This document shows positions 46,309 to 54,955 of a stretch of 64,000 bases of DNA, in pieces. This DNA comes from Verrucomicrobiota bacterium (GTDB taxonomy: Bacteria; Verrucomicrobiota; Verrucomicrobiia; Limisphaerales; J093), in the NCBI GenBank assembly GCA_012517065.1, contig JAAYVR010000228.1:6502-70501 (forward strand). Direction: 5' to 3'. Position 1 is the stretch's first letter. Each line of letters starts with the position of its first letter. A program made the translations under genes and the position numbers. The notes beneath the pieces were generated by a model. That model made no database searches and was not told the origin of the DNA. It worked only from the letters and a program-made list of their open reading frames with translations.

Positions 46309-47784
46309 ATGCGCGTGCTGCATGTGTTAAACGTGTCGAAATCATTCCCCGGCATCCGTGCACTTGATCGGGTGCGGCTGGATGTTTCCGGCGGAACGGT
46401 TCATGCGCTTGTTGGCGAGAACGGTGCAGGGAAATCGACTCTCATGAAGATCATTGCCGGCCTGACCCAGCCAGACGAGGGCGAGCTTCTTTTCAAGGGC
46501 CGGCAGTTTCGACCGCGCAATCCTCATGACGCGCTGAAAGCCGGGATTGCCATGATTCCACAGGAATTGATGCCATTTAGGGAACTGACAGTGGCAGAAA
46601 ACATCTTCGTTGGACATGAACCCACTCTTCGGTTCGGGTGGCTGGACAAGAATAAGATGCAGCGCGAGGCGGCACGGTTGCTGGGCCAAATCGGAGTGCC
46701 AATACCACCAACAACACGAATGAAAGACCTTACCGTGGCGCAGATGCAGGTCGTCGAGATCGCAAAGGCCCTGGCGCACAATGCAGATTTGCTGATCATG
46801 GACGAGCCGACATCGGCCATCTCAGAGCGTGAGGTTGAGACGTTGTTTTCAATCATTGGCGACCTGAAACGACGCGGGGTAAGTGTCATTTATGTTTCGC
46901 ACCGGCTAGACGAAATCTTTCGGATTTCAGACGCGGTAACGGTCTTGCGCGATGGACAGCACGTGGCCACCCGACCGATTACTGATACTGATCGAAATAC
47001 GCTGATAACTTTGATGGTCGGACGAGATATCGAGGAGACCGTCGGGCCTTCTGCGACAGCCACGGGTGATGTGGCGCTGGAACTCCGCGGGCTGACCAAG
47101 CGCGGCAAGTTCACAGGGGTCGATCTCACGTTGCGGCAGGGGGAAATACTCGGTTTGGCGGGGTTGATGGGCGCGGGACGAACCGAGCTTGCGGAAGCGA
47201 TATTTGGCCTTGTCCGGCCCGACGCGGGCGAGTTGCGCGTGCGCGGCAGAGTGGTGAAGATCGAAAGCCCCCGAGACGCCATTGCACACGGCATAGGAAT
47301 GGTCACAGAGGACCGGCACAAGTTCGGGCTGGTGCATGTGATGTCAGTGAAACACAACATTACCCTGGCAGGCTTGCGCGGTTGGTGGATAAACCGCACG
47401 GTCGAGAATGCGATGGCGGATGAACAACTGCGCGCCTACTCGATCAAGGTGCGGGACAGGAATCAACTTGCTGGCACACTCAGCGGCGGGAATCAGCAGA
47501 AGGTTGTCCTCGCTAAAACGCTTCTGCCTCGGCCGTCGATTCTCATTTTGGATGAACCAACGCGCGGGATTGACATCGGGTCGAAGGCCGAGATGCATGC
47601 TTTCGTTCGCGAGCTAGCCCGGGAAGGGATGGCTGTGTTGCTGATTTCGTCCGAGCTGCCAGAGTTGCTGTCTTTGAGCACACGGCTGTTGGTGATGCGC
47701 CAGGGGCGGATTGGTGCAGAACTTGATCCACGAAGTGTTACGCAGGAAACCGTCCTCAGGCATGCGATGCCAAAAGAGCGATGA
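46309..47784 (+). CDS. Sugar ABC transporter ATP-binding protein (two fused NBDs, RbsA-like)
   Basis: Walker A GENGAGKST and a second NBD. Signature sequences are LTVAQMQVVEIA and LSGGNQQK. Confidence 0.85.
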   Translation: MRVLHVLNVSKSFPGIRALDRVRLDVSGGTVHALVGENGAGKSTLMKIIAGLTQPDEGELLFKGRQFRPRNPHDALKAGIAMIPQELMPFRELTVAENIFVGHEPTLRFGWLDKNKMQREAARLLGQIGVPIPPTTRMKDLTVAQMQVVEIAKALAHNADLLIMDEPTSAISEREVETLFSIIGDLKRRGVSVIYVSHRLDEIFRISDAVTVLRDGQHVATRPITDTDRNTLITLMVGRDIEETVGPSATATGDVALELRGLTKRGKFTGVDLTLRQGEILGLAGLMGAGRTELAEAIFGLVRPDAGELRVRGRVVKIESPRDAIAHGIGMVTEDRHKFGLVHVMSVKHNITLAGLRGWWINRTVENAMADEQLRAYSIKVRDRNQLAGTLSGGNQQKVVLAKTLLPRPSILILDEPTRGIDIGSKAEMHAFVRELAREGMAVLLISSELPELLSLSTRLLVMRQGRIGAELDPRSVTQETVLRHAMPKER

Positions 47785-48692
47785 AAACATGGTTGTCACG
47801 GTTTGGTCTTGTGGTTGCGTTGCTGTGCATTGGCGCAGCACTTAGCATTGTCAAACCGGTGTTTCTCACATTTCCGAATCTGCTGAACGTAGTTAGACAG
47901 ATTTCGATAAACGGGATTCTTGCTGTAGGCGTTACATACGTCTTGTTGACAGGTGGAGTGGACCTGTCGCTCGGGTCGGTGGTTGCGCTCAGCGGTGTTG
48001 TTGCTGCTATCTTTGCGCATCCGGGGGATTGGCCTGTGATTGTGCCGGTGGCTGCGGGTGTTCTTGTAGGGGCTGCGTGTGGCGGGATCAACGGATTGGT
48101 CGTAACAAAAGGCCGCGTGGCGCCGTTCATCGTCACGCTTGGCATGATGACAGCCGCACGTGGTGTTGCATTGGTTGTAAGCGGTGGCAAACCCGTTTCA
48201 AACCTTGGGGAGAGTTTCAGATGGATTGGCAGCGGCGGAGTTCCGGTGATTGTTTTTCTGGCGGTGTCATGTGTTTCGTGGGTTTTATTGTCGAATCTGA
48301 GATTGGGCAGGCACCTGTATGCGGTTGGTGGCAACGAGAACGCTGCGCGCGCGTCCGGCATCAATGTCGAAGGCGTGAAACTGTTTGCTTACACGATTTG
48401 TGGCGCGCTGGCGGGTTTGGGCGGGGTTGTGCTTGCGGCGCGCATCACGACCGGCCAACCAAACGCCGGGGTTGGATACGAACTCGATGCAATAGCGGCG
48501 GTGGTGATTGGCGGCACCAGTTTGTCCGGGGGCGTTGGTGGCGTTGGAGGCACGATTCTTGGCGCGCTGCTGATGGGAGTGATCAACAACGGGCTGGATT
48601 TGCTTAACGTGTCCTCGTACTATCAGGCCATCGTGAAGGGCATAATCATCGTCGGTGCAGTCTGGCTGGACCAGCGCAAGGAGAAATCGTGA
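47781..48692 (+). CDS. Sugar ABC transporter permease (RbsC-like)
   Basis: 303-aa polytopic protein. It overlaps the neighbouring genes by 4 nt on both sides. Confidence 0.8.
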   Translation: MKTWLSRFGLVVALLCIGAALSIVKPVFLTFPNLLNVVRQISINGILAVGVTYVLLTGGVDLSLGSVVALSGVVAAIFAHPGDWPVIVPVAAGVLVGAACGGINGLVVTKGRVAPFIVTLGMMTAARGVALVVSGGKPVSNLGESFRWIGSGGVPVIVFLAVSCVSWVLLSNLRLGRHLYAVGGNENAARASGINVEGVKLFAYTICGALAGLGGVVLAARITTGQPNAGVGYELDAIAAVVIGGTSLSGGVGGVGGTILGALLMGVINNGLDLLNVSSYYQAIVKGIIIVGAVWLDQRKEKS

Positions 48693-49603
48693 AACGGCTT
48701 TTGGCGTTCATTCTGGCACTTGCATTGTCCGGATGCGCACAGCGCAAGTCCGATGAAGGGCGCGTGTTGATAGGGGTTTCATTGCTGAACCTGTCGAACG
48801 AATTCATTGTGATGCTGCACCGTGCAATGGAAACCCGCGCCGCCGAGCTGGGAGTGAAGCTCATCGTTAATGACGCACAGCGAAGCGCAGACCGCCAGGT
48901 CCAGCAGGTCGAGACTTTCATCGCGCAGCGCGTGGACGCGATCATCCTGAACCCTTGCGAAGTGGAGGCCAGTTCGCCCGCTGTCGAGAAAGCAATCGCT
49001 GCCGGCATTCCCATAATCAACGTCAATTCGGAAACAAGAGCTGCGCCGACAGCGTTTGTTGGGTCGCGCGATGAGGAATCGGCAAGGCTCGCAATGGAGT
49101 ACATTGCCCGGCGGCTGGACGGCCGGGGCAACGTGGTCATGATGCATGGATTCATGGGACAAGCCGCGCAGATCAAGCGCGATCGTGGTGCCAAGGATAC
49201 CCTTGCAAAGTTTCCCGGCTTGAAGCTCATCGCCGAACAAAGCGCCGAGTGGGACCGCGCAAAGGCCATGAGCCTAATGGAAAACTGGATTCAATCGCTC
49301 GGTGCGAAGATAAATGCCGTGTTCGCCCAAAACGATGAAATGGCAATGGGGGCGCTGTTGGCCCTTGAGCAAGCAGGACTCAAAGACAAGGTGATAGTGG
49401 TTGGTGTAGATGCCATTTCTGATGCACTTCAGGCTGTCAAAGCAGGCCGATTGGATGCGACCGTGTTCCAAGATGCCCGCGGCCAGGGACAGGGCGCGGT
49501 TGATTTGGCGGTCAAGATCATCAGAAAAGAACCTTTCGAAACACAGGTGTACATCCCTTTCCAACTCGTGACCCGCGAAAACGCGGACAAGTACCTGAAT
49601 TAG
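48689..49603 (+). CDS. Sugar ABC transporter periplasmic binding lipoprotein (RbsB-like)
   Basis: Lipobox LALSGC. Periplasmic-binding-protein type I blocks (IGVSLLNLSNEF, VDAIILNP, VVGVDA). Confidence 0.8.
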   Translation: MKRLLAFILALALSGCAQRKSDEGRVLIGVSLLNLSNEFIVMLHRAMETRAAELGVKLIVNDAQRSADRQVQQVETFIAQRVDAIILNPCEVEASSPAVEKAIAAGIPIINVNSETRAAPTAFVGSRDEESARLAMEYIARRLDGRGNVVMMHGFMGQAAQIKRDRGAKDTLAKFPGLKLIAEQSAEWDRAKAMSLMENWIQSLGAKINAVFAQNDEMAMGALLALEQAGLKDKVIVVGVDAISDALQAVKAGRLDATVFQDARGQGQGAVDLAVKIIRKEPFETQVYIPFQLVTRENADKYLN

Positions 49604-50225
49604 ACCGCATATTTCCCAGCCCGGCGTAGCCCGAACCAAAGTCGCCTGACGGGCAACGCCCCCGGCCCTTGCACCCTCCGGACCTTCACCCACGCCGGGC
49701 TGGGCAATATGCCCTGCGACTCCGTCGCAAGAAAGAGCGCGCTGATCCCGATGGTTTCTCACGCGCTGCCGCGGATTCAGTGGGCGTTGGTAGGCGCGAA
49801 GCGCTTGGAGTGCGGCAGCTTGCTGCCGCTTTGTTGTTAAGCACAACCAACGTGCCTGGAACCAGATCGGAATGACCTACAAAACTACGTGTCTGTCCCC
49901 ATATCGGCATCCGAGGCGTTCCTCCACACACTTCGGCAACCGCGGCTCCGAACAAGGGACAATCTCCGGAGCATGCCGGAATCCTGGGGCAAAAACCCAA
50001 ACAATGAGCCTGTCACTCTATTTAAGTCCTTGTTTGATGTGCTTGGGTGCGAGGGGCATGTGCTGAATCAGAATCAATTCTTTTGTCGCTGCATTCGGTT
50101 GCGGCGGGAGGAACTGGCCGGGGAGCGGCCACATTTTATCGAGGCGGGCATGCGCCGAGAGCGGCAAGTATCCGGCGGGCATTGTGGCACGGCATGCCCA
50201 GTCGGTCTAAAGCAGAGCCACGCTA
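49604..50225 (+). repeat. Composite repeat island VI (modules B, E, A, A, F, A-variant, G)
   Basis: B is 49604 to about 49744, with a perfect 13-bp stem (49615-49627 with 49692-49704) and a small hairpin at 49715-49729. E is 49745-49846. A degenerate A lies at 49847-49868 and A at 49885-49905. F is 49906-50005, the A-variant 50006-50023 and G 50027-50225. Confidence 0.85.
49810..49836 (+). terminator. Terminator-like hairpin inside module E
   Basis: GCGGCAGCTTGCTGCCGC is followed by TTTGTTGTT, sense-downstream of the rbsB-like gene. Confidence 0.35.
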
Positions 50226-50283
50226 AGTTCTGGCTCAGGCTTTCCGTGTGTGCAGGGCTCAGTGTGGTGATGGCAAGGTGGTT

Positions 50284-51663
50284 TCAATGCACTTCGGGTT
50301 TGGATGGCCTTGCAGCCAACTGCCGCAGCATTTCTATTGTTTGATCGATCAACCGCTCGCCGGTGCCGGGTTCAACGTAACTGTGATAGCCGGTCCAGAC
50401 CTGATATCCGCCAAGCTTGAAGGCCGTCATGTCGGGGACGTAGCCGATCCAGTCGTTGGCCAGCCCAACAACATACGTGTAGCGGAATGGCGACCGGTTC
50501 TTGATGTCGATTCCGAGCTGAGTAAAAAGCTCGGATGGCACGCCCACAAAGGCGATGTCGCCGATCAGCATGACCTGCAGCCAAGTGGTCTTGGTCTGTC
50601 CTTGCAACGGGGCCAACTGGCGTCGCATGGACCGAAACACCTCGATAATCGGATCAGCGTGCGATGGAACATACTGTCGGCAATACCGCGTCACAGCAGC
50701 GTCTTCCTCCGCCTCGTCAAACTGCCGAACCTTGAACGTGAAAGGCTGTCTCAGCGCGGCAAGTTGATGCGTTGGGAATGGCTTTGACATTGCCATGGTT
50801 TCTTTGACGGCTTGCTTGATCCGTTGCGCCAAGGTTTCCCCGGACAACTTCAGGTTGTGCGTTGAACCGAAGGCGCCGGCGAGGAAACACACCTTGCCAC
50901 CCAACTCTGATTCGAGGTCCTGGGCCGCCAGACCGTAAAAGCCAGGTGACCGTTTCCCTGGTTGCCTCGTGCCGATGTTGTGCGTCGAGTGATTGAAGAT
51001 CAGCGCCCGGAGCTGATCCGATTGACCACGAAAAGCGAGCACGGGCAACTCAGCGTCAAAAGGTCCGGTCGGGCGCACCACGTTGGTGCGCGGGCCAACC
51101 CAGTAGATTTGCCCATCTGCAAGGCGCAACCGGCTGTTCTCGCCCACTGTATTCTCTTCTCCTTGTGCAAAAAACAATGTGCACGGCTCGGCCGTCAGAT
51201 TGGCATTTGCCGACCGGACAGCTCTTACGATCCCCTCCTGCAGAGTGCGGCAAAAAGATTCTTCTGCTCCGTAACCGTGCACGAGCACCGTGCTTGGGGC
51301 ATGGTGGGTGTGCGTGCAATGAATCAGAAGGCGGCCTCTCGCCAGGCCCGCCTCGCGCTCGATCTCGCCAAAAACCGGTTCAAGCAAGTCTTTCGTGAGC
51401 ATAAGCACGTCGCAAGACACAATCCCCAGCTTGCCGAACGGCTCTTGCTCGATGACAACCGCCACAACCCGCAGAGGGGCTTCCTGGCCCTGAGCATTGC
51501 CTGCAGTGATGCCTCCGGCAATGACCATTCCATCGTCAGCATCGAGTTCCACCGATGCGGTTCCCACGCGCAACGGCTTGAGATCGGACTGGCCAGCCGC
51601 ATTCTGAAAACACCCGACAGCCTGGGCCAGCAACGCCGCAGCAGCCCAATTAACAAAGCTCAT
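50284..51663 (-). CDS. Secreted neutral-ceramidase-like hydrolase, paralog of 10647..12077 (tentative)
   Basis: Start is at ATG 51661-51663 (MSFVNWAAAALLAQAVG, signal peptide). Contains HCTHTHHAPS. Confidence 0.5.
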   Translation of the reverse strand: MSFVNWAAAALLAQAVGCFQNAAGQSDLKPLRVGTASVELDADDGMVIAGGITAGNAQGQEAPLRVVAVVIEQEPFGKLGIVSCDVLMLTKDLLEPVFGEIEREAGLARGRLLIHCTHTHHAPSTVLVHGYGAEESFCRTLQEGIVRAVRSANANLTAEPCTLFFAQGEENTVGENSRLRLADGQIYWVGPRTNVVRPTGPFDAELPVLAFRGQSDQLRALIFNHSTHNIGTRQPGKRSPGFYGLAAQDLESELGGKVCFLAGAFGSTHNLKLSGETLAQRIKQAVKETMAMSKPFPTHQLAALRQPFTFKVRQFDEAEEDAAVTRYCRQYVPSHADPIIEVFRSMRRQLAPLQGQTKTTWLQVMLIGDIAFVGVPSELFTQLGIDIKNRSPFRYTYVVGLANDWIGYVPDMTAFKLGGYQVWTGYHSYVEPGTGERLIDQTIEMLRQLAARPSKPEVH

Positions 51664-51683
51664 AACTTGCACGGTCCTTACCC

Positions 51684-52658
51684 TCAAGGTTGGTTGTCCA
51701 AGTAAATGGCGTCCAGCACAACCTGGCTCCCCAGAGGGTCGAACTGTGGCGACGACAGCGCGAAAACGATCCCGACTGTCTGCCCAGCCCACAAGCTGAT
51801 ATCTGCGCTTCCCCATTTCCATCCCTCCGTGCTGTCGGACCAACAAAGCCGGCTGTTTTCGATCACAGGTTGCCCATTCACGTAAAGCCCCATCGTGTCC
51901 CACAATCCGACTTCGCAAGTTTCCTGCGAGTCGATCCAGACAGCGAAGTGGAGATAGAGCGGCCATGCCGCGGGCAAAGCAACCATCTGGCCGATTTGTG
52001 CCGAATGACTCCCGCCGATAGGTCCGAGGTAGGCGACGTACTGCCCTGAGGCCGCTTGGATGCCAAGTGCTGACGCAGGATAAATCAACTGGCCCGGCGC
52101 TTGTTCCCATCCCACTTCGGGACCGTCTTCAAAGTCCCCGTTCGCCAGACCGACAGGGGGCGGCGCAAGGTCGAATGTCGCGACTACGTTCTTTGATGCG
52201 TCGATTGTGATTTCGCAGGGATCTATGCCCGAAGCGTCGCCTCCCCAACCCGCGAAGCGGGAGCCTGAACTTGCCGTGGCAGTTAGAGTTACCACCGCAC
52301 CACCAGGGAAGAGGGCACTGCAGTTCTCCCCGCAGAAAATGCCATCAGGGGCAGACCTCACGCTGCCGCTGCCGTTGCCGAGCTTGGTGACTGTGAGCGT
52401 GAAGAGATTATGTACGCGGTAAAAGGCCGCCTTGCCTGATGCTTCAATACGATAGGGACTGACAGCGCCGGTTACGATTTGCCAGATCCCCAGTGGGGAA
52501 TCTGACTTCTCCAGAATACCGTTCCCATCCCATCTGATCACGAATTGTCCTGCGTCACGGGCAATCGAAATCCGATTGGTATCGGCACTTTTGGCCCTGA
52601 AGGATTCTCCGCCAAACAACGCGAGCACGATCACAAGGCTGGTGTTCAGTGCTTTCAT
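51684..52658 (-). CDS. Secreted protein with N-terminal ...FYRVHN module, InlB-B-repeat-like domain and C-terminal jelly-roll-like domain
   Basis: Start is at ATG 52656-52658 (MKALNTSLVIVLALFGG). The segment TLTVTKLGNGSGSVRSAPDGIFCGENCSALFPGGAVVTLTATASSGSRFAGWGGD resembles the divergent InlB B-repeat. Confidence 0.6.
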   Translation of the reverse strand: MKALNTSLVIVLALFGGESFRAKSADTNRISIARDAGQFVIRWDGNGILEKSDSPLGIWQIVTGAVSPYRIEASGKAAFYRVHNLFTLTVTKLGNGSGSVRSAPDGIFCGENCSALFPGGAVVTLTATASSGSRFAGWGGDASGIDPCEITIDASKNVVATFDLAPPPVGLANGDFEDGPEVGWEQAPGQLIYPASALGIQAASGQYVAYLGPIGGSHSAQIGQMVALPAAWPLYLHFAVWIDSQETCEVGLWDTMGLYVNGQPVIENSRLCWSDSTEGWKWGSADISLWAGQTVGIVFALSSPQFDPLGSQVVLDAIYLDNQP

Positions 52659-53044
52659 AGGTTTTCTGGTTGGCAAGGTGAAGACTTCACGCTTGATCGG
52701 TACTCTTTCGCCTTGGTGCCGATTGTCAACATGAATATGGGGGTTCTGTGGGTTTGGGTGCCTTTCAGATTCGGCGAGGGGAAGGCCGTGAACGGAGCCA
52801 TCGTTGGTCGAATTCACGCCATGGTGTACCGGTCAATAAACCCTATTGCGCAAAAAATCTTTGCTGGCAGTTGCATGCCAAGTCCTCGACAATGAGCCCG
52901 CGTAAGCGGCTGGCATTGCACAAGGCGACAAGAATGTGCAAAGAAAGGCGCAAATCTGCCGGGTATTGTGATGTAGCGCGCCCCGGTCATTCGAAGCGCG
53001 CGCCTTGCCGGTCGCCACGCTCTCAGGACCAACAGGTGCAGCCA

Positions 53045-54085
53045 ATGAATCAGGCATTGATAATACCAAAAGGTTACAAATCGATTCTCGGCGTCAAAGA
53101 AACCGAACGGGCGATCAAGAGTCTCAAGGATTTCTTCGAGTTGAATCTGGCGACTGAACTGAACCTCAGTCGCGTAACAGCGCCGCTTTTCGTCGAGGGC
53201 GGCACGGGCATTAACGACGATCTCAACGGCGTCGAGCGTCCTGTCACCTTCCAAGTGAAGAACATGGCTGGCGTGCGCGCCGAGATCGTCCAATCGCTCG
53301 CCAAGTGGAAACGCATGCAACTGGCTGAGCTCGGCTTCGAACCCGGCTACGGTCTGTACACTGACATGAACGCCATCCGACCGGACGAAGTCCTGGACAA
53401 CACTCACTCGTTGTATGTTGACCAGTGGGACTGGGAGCGGGTTATCACGCCGACAGAACGGAACGTCGAGTTCCTCAAGAAAATCGTGCGCAAGATATAC
53501 TCAATTCTCAAACGCACTGAACACTACGTCTATGAACGATACCCGTCGATACGACCCGAATTGCCGGAAGAAATAGTATTTGTTCATGCGGAGGATTTAC
53601 GCGCGCAATATCCGCGGTTGAGCCCTAGAGAACGCGAACAACGCCTTCTCCGGAAGTGCGGTGCGGCTTTCATAATTGGCATCGGAGGTGCGCTTGCTGA
53701 CGGCACCATTCACGACGGTCGCGCACCGGATTACGACGACTGGTCAACGCCTGGCATGGACGGCCGCCCTGGCTTGAACGGTGACATATTCGTGTGGAAC
53801 CCGGTGTTGAAAACCGCCTTCGAATTGTCGTCGATGGGAATTCGCGTGGACAAGGAAGCGATGCTGCGTCAATTGAAAATCCGCGGGTGCGAAGACCGGG
53901 TGAAGCTGCTTTGGCATCGCAAGTTGCTCAACGACGAAATGCCATTGTCGATCGGCGGTGGAATTGGGCAGTCGCGGCTTTGCATGTATTTTCTGCGCAA
54001 GGCGCACATAGGCGAAATCCAGGCAAGCCTTTGGCCCGAAGAAATGCGTGCCCTGTGCCGCAAGCACAACGTCTGGCTTTTGTAA
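53045..54085 (+). CDS. asnA: Aspartate-ammonia ligase (asparagine synthetase A)
   Basis: Close match to the E. coli AsnA blocks SLAKWKR, VDQWDWERV, RAPDYDDWSTP, LNGDI.VWNPVL..AFELSSMGIRVD, GGGIGQSRL. Start is at ATG 53045. Confidence 0.9.
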   Translation: MNQALIIPKGYKSILGVKETERAIKSLKDFFELNLATELNLSRVTAPLFVEGGTGINDDLNGVERPVTFQVKNMAGVRAEIVQSLAKWKRMQLAELGFEPGYGLYTDMNAIRPDEVLDNTHSLYVDQWDWERVITPTERNVEFLKKIVRKIYSILKRTEHYVYERYPSIRPELPEEIVFVHAEDLRAQYPRLSPREREQRLLRKCGAAFIIGIGGALADGTIHDGRAPDYDDWSTPGMDGRPGLNGDIFVWNPVLKTAFELSSMGIRVDKEAMLRQLKIRGCEDRVKLLWHRKLLNDEMPLSIGGGIGQSRLCMYFLRKAHIGEIQASLWPEEMRALCRKHNVWLL

Positions 54086-54240
54086 CTTTCAGGATCGCCT
54101 GTGCACCACGGCCAAATGGATAGGATTGGTTCTTCACACGCTGTGACAACGGCACAAATCAACAGGCCTCAGCCCGCATATTTCATACCCTGAGCAGTCT
54201 GCGAAACGGGTGTCTTCAAGAAATCAAGGAATATGCGTGC

Positions 54241-54309
54241 CCCGGAAATCTCGCCGCCTGAGCAGGCCAAGGCACCCAAAACTTCATTCCGGTGAGATTT
54301 CCGGGTTAG
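54241..54309 (+). repeat. K-type hairpin repeat, 57 nt beyond the tmRNA 3' end
   Basis: Arms are CCCGGAAATCTCGCCG (54241-54256) and CCGGTGAGATTTCCGGGTTAG (54289-54309). The loop ends in CCCAAAACTTCATT, as in the copy at 10412-10484. Confidence 0.8.
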
Positions 54310-54365
54310 ACTAATCCTGAGTGGCCAGACTCGATTCAGGTTAATGGATTCAGGTTATTTGAAAG

Positions 54366-54717
54366 TGGTGGAGGCGGCGGGAATCGAACCCGCGTCCCTG
54401 ACAGAATAACCGGCTGCGACTACATGCTTAGTCGGATAAGAGTATTCGACCGGCGGTACCGATCCGACGCGAGCCGCCAAGTCTATTTCGCTGTTTTTAT
54501 CTCGGCCGGCTGCGCAGCAAACGCCACAACCGACCCAACCTGCTGCCTTCGTTCAGCCACCCCAGCAGGTGTCAGGCGGTGAACGTCGCGGCATTAGGCC
54601 GCGAGTGCCAATTCTTCGTTGGCTGTTTTGGTTCGATCCGATGATTAACGAGGCCAACGGATCATCCTCGGCATGCCGCCACCGGCGCATCCAACAGGTC
54701 GAAACCAGTGCGCCCCC
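54366..54717 (-). ncRNA. ssrA: tmRNA (transfer-messenger RNA)
   Basis: The minus strand starts GGGGGCGCACTGGTTTCGACC and ends GCGGGTTCGATTCCCGCCGCCTCCACCA (tRNA-Ala-like acceptor/T-arm). The internal tag frame GCC AAC GAA GAA TTG GCA CTC GCG GCC TAA (54621 down to 54592) gives ANEELALAA. Confidence 0.9.
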
Positions 54718-54736
54718 ATGTCAAACGGTGTGCACA

Positions 54737-54765
54737 TAAAATGCCACGTTTTTGCCCACCGTCAA
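54737..54765 (-). promoter_or_regulatory. Candidate sigma-70-type promoter for ssrA
   Basis: The minus strand reads TTGACG, then 17 nt, then ATTTTA, about 20 nt upstream of the mature 5' end. The -10 element is weak. Confidence 0.3.
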
Positions 54766-54780
54766 GGCTCCGGAAAAAGT

Positions 54781-54855
54781 CCTAACCCGGAAACCTCATC
54801 GGAATGAACCTTTGGGTCTGTTGGTTTGGTCAGGCGCTGAGATTTCTGAGCTAAG
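54781..54855 (-). repeat. K-type hairpin repeat (reverse orientation), 64 nt upstream of the tmRNA 5' end
   Basis: The plus strand reads CCTAACCCGGAAACCTCATCGGAATGAACCTTTGGG ... GCGCTGAGATTTCTGAGCTAAG. The reverse complement has the K architecture (degenerate left arm, loop ending CCCAAAGGTTCATT, right arm CCGATGAGGTTTCCGGGTTAGG). Confidence 0.7.
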
Positions 54856-54955
54856 AGTCTGCCCAGTTGGCGGAGGCCGACACTGGTTGCGTTGTTGGCT
54901 CGTTTTAATCCTTTTGTTCTTTGTTTCGGGCTTCGAGTTTCGGATTTCGAGTTTT

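Noticed and set aside
52840-52880. TGGCA..TTGCA-like sequences upstream of asnA (CTGGCAGTTGCATGC) as a sigma-54 promoter
   Set aside because: The spacing between the GG and GC elements is far too short (about 5 nt where 10 nt is required).
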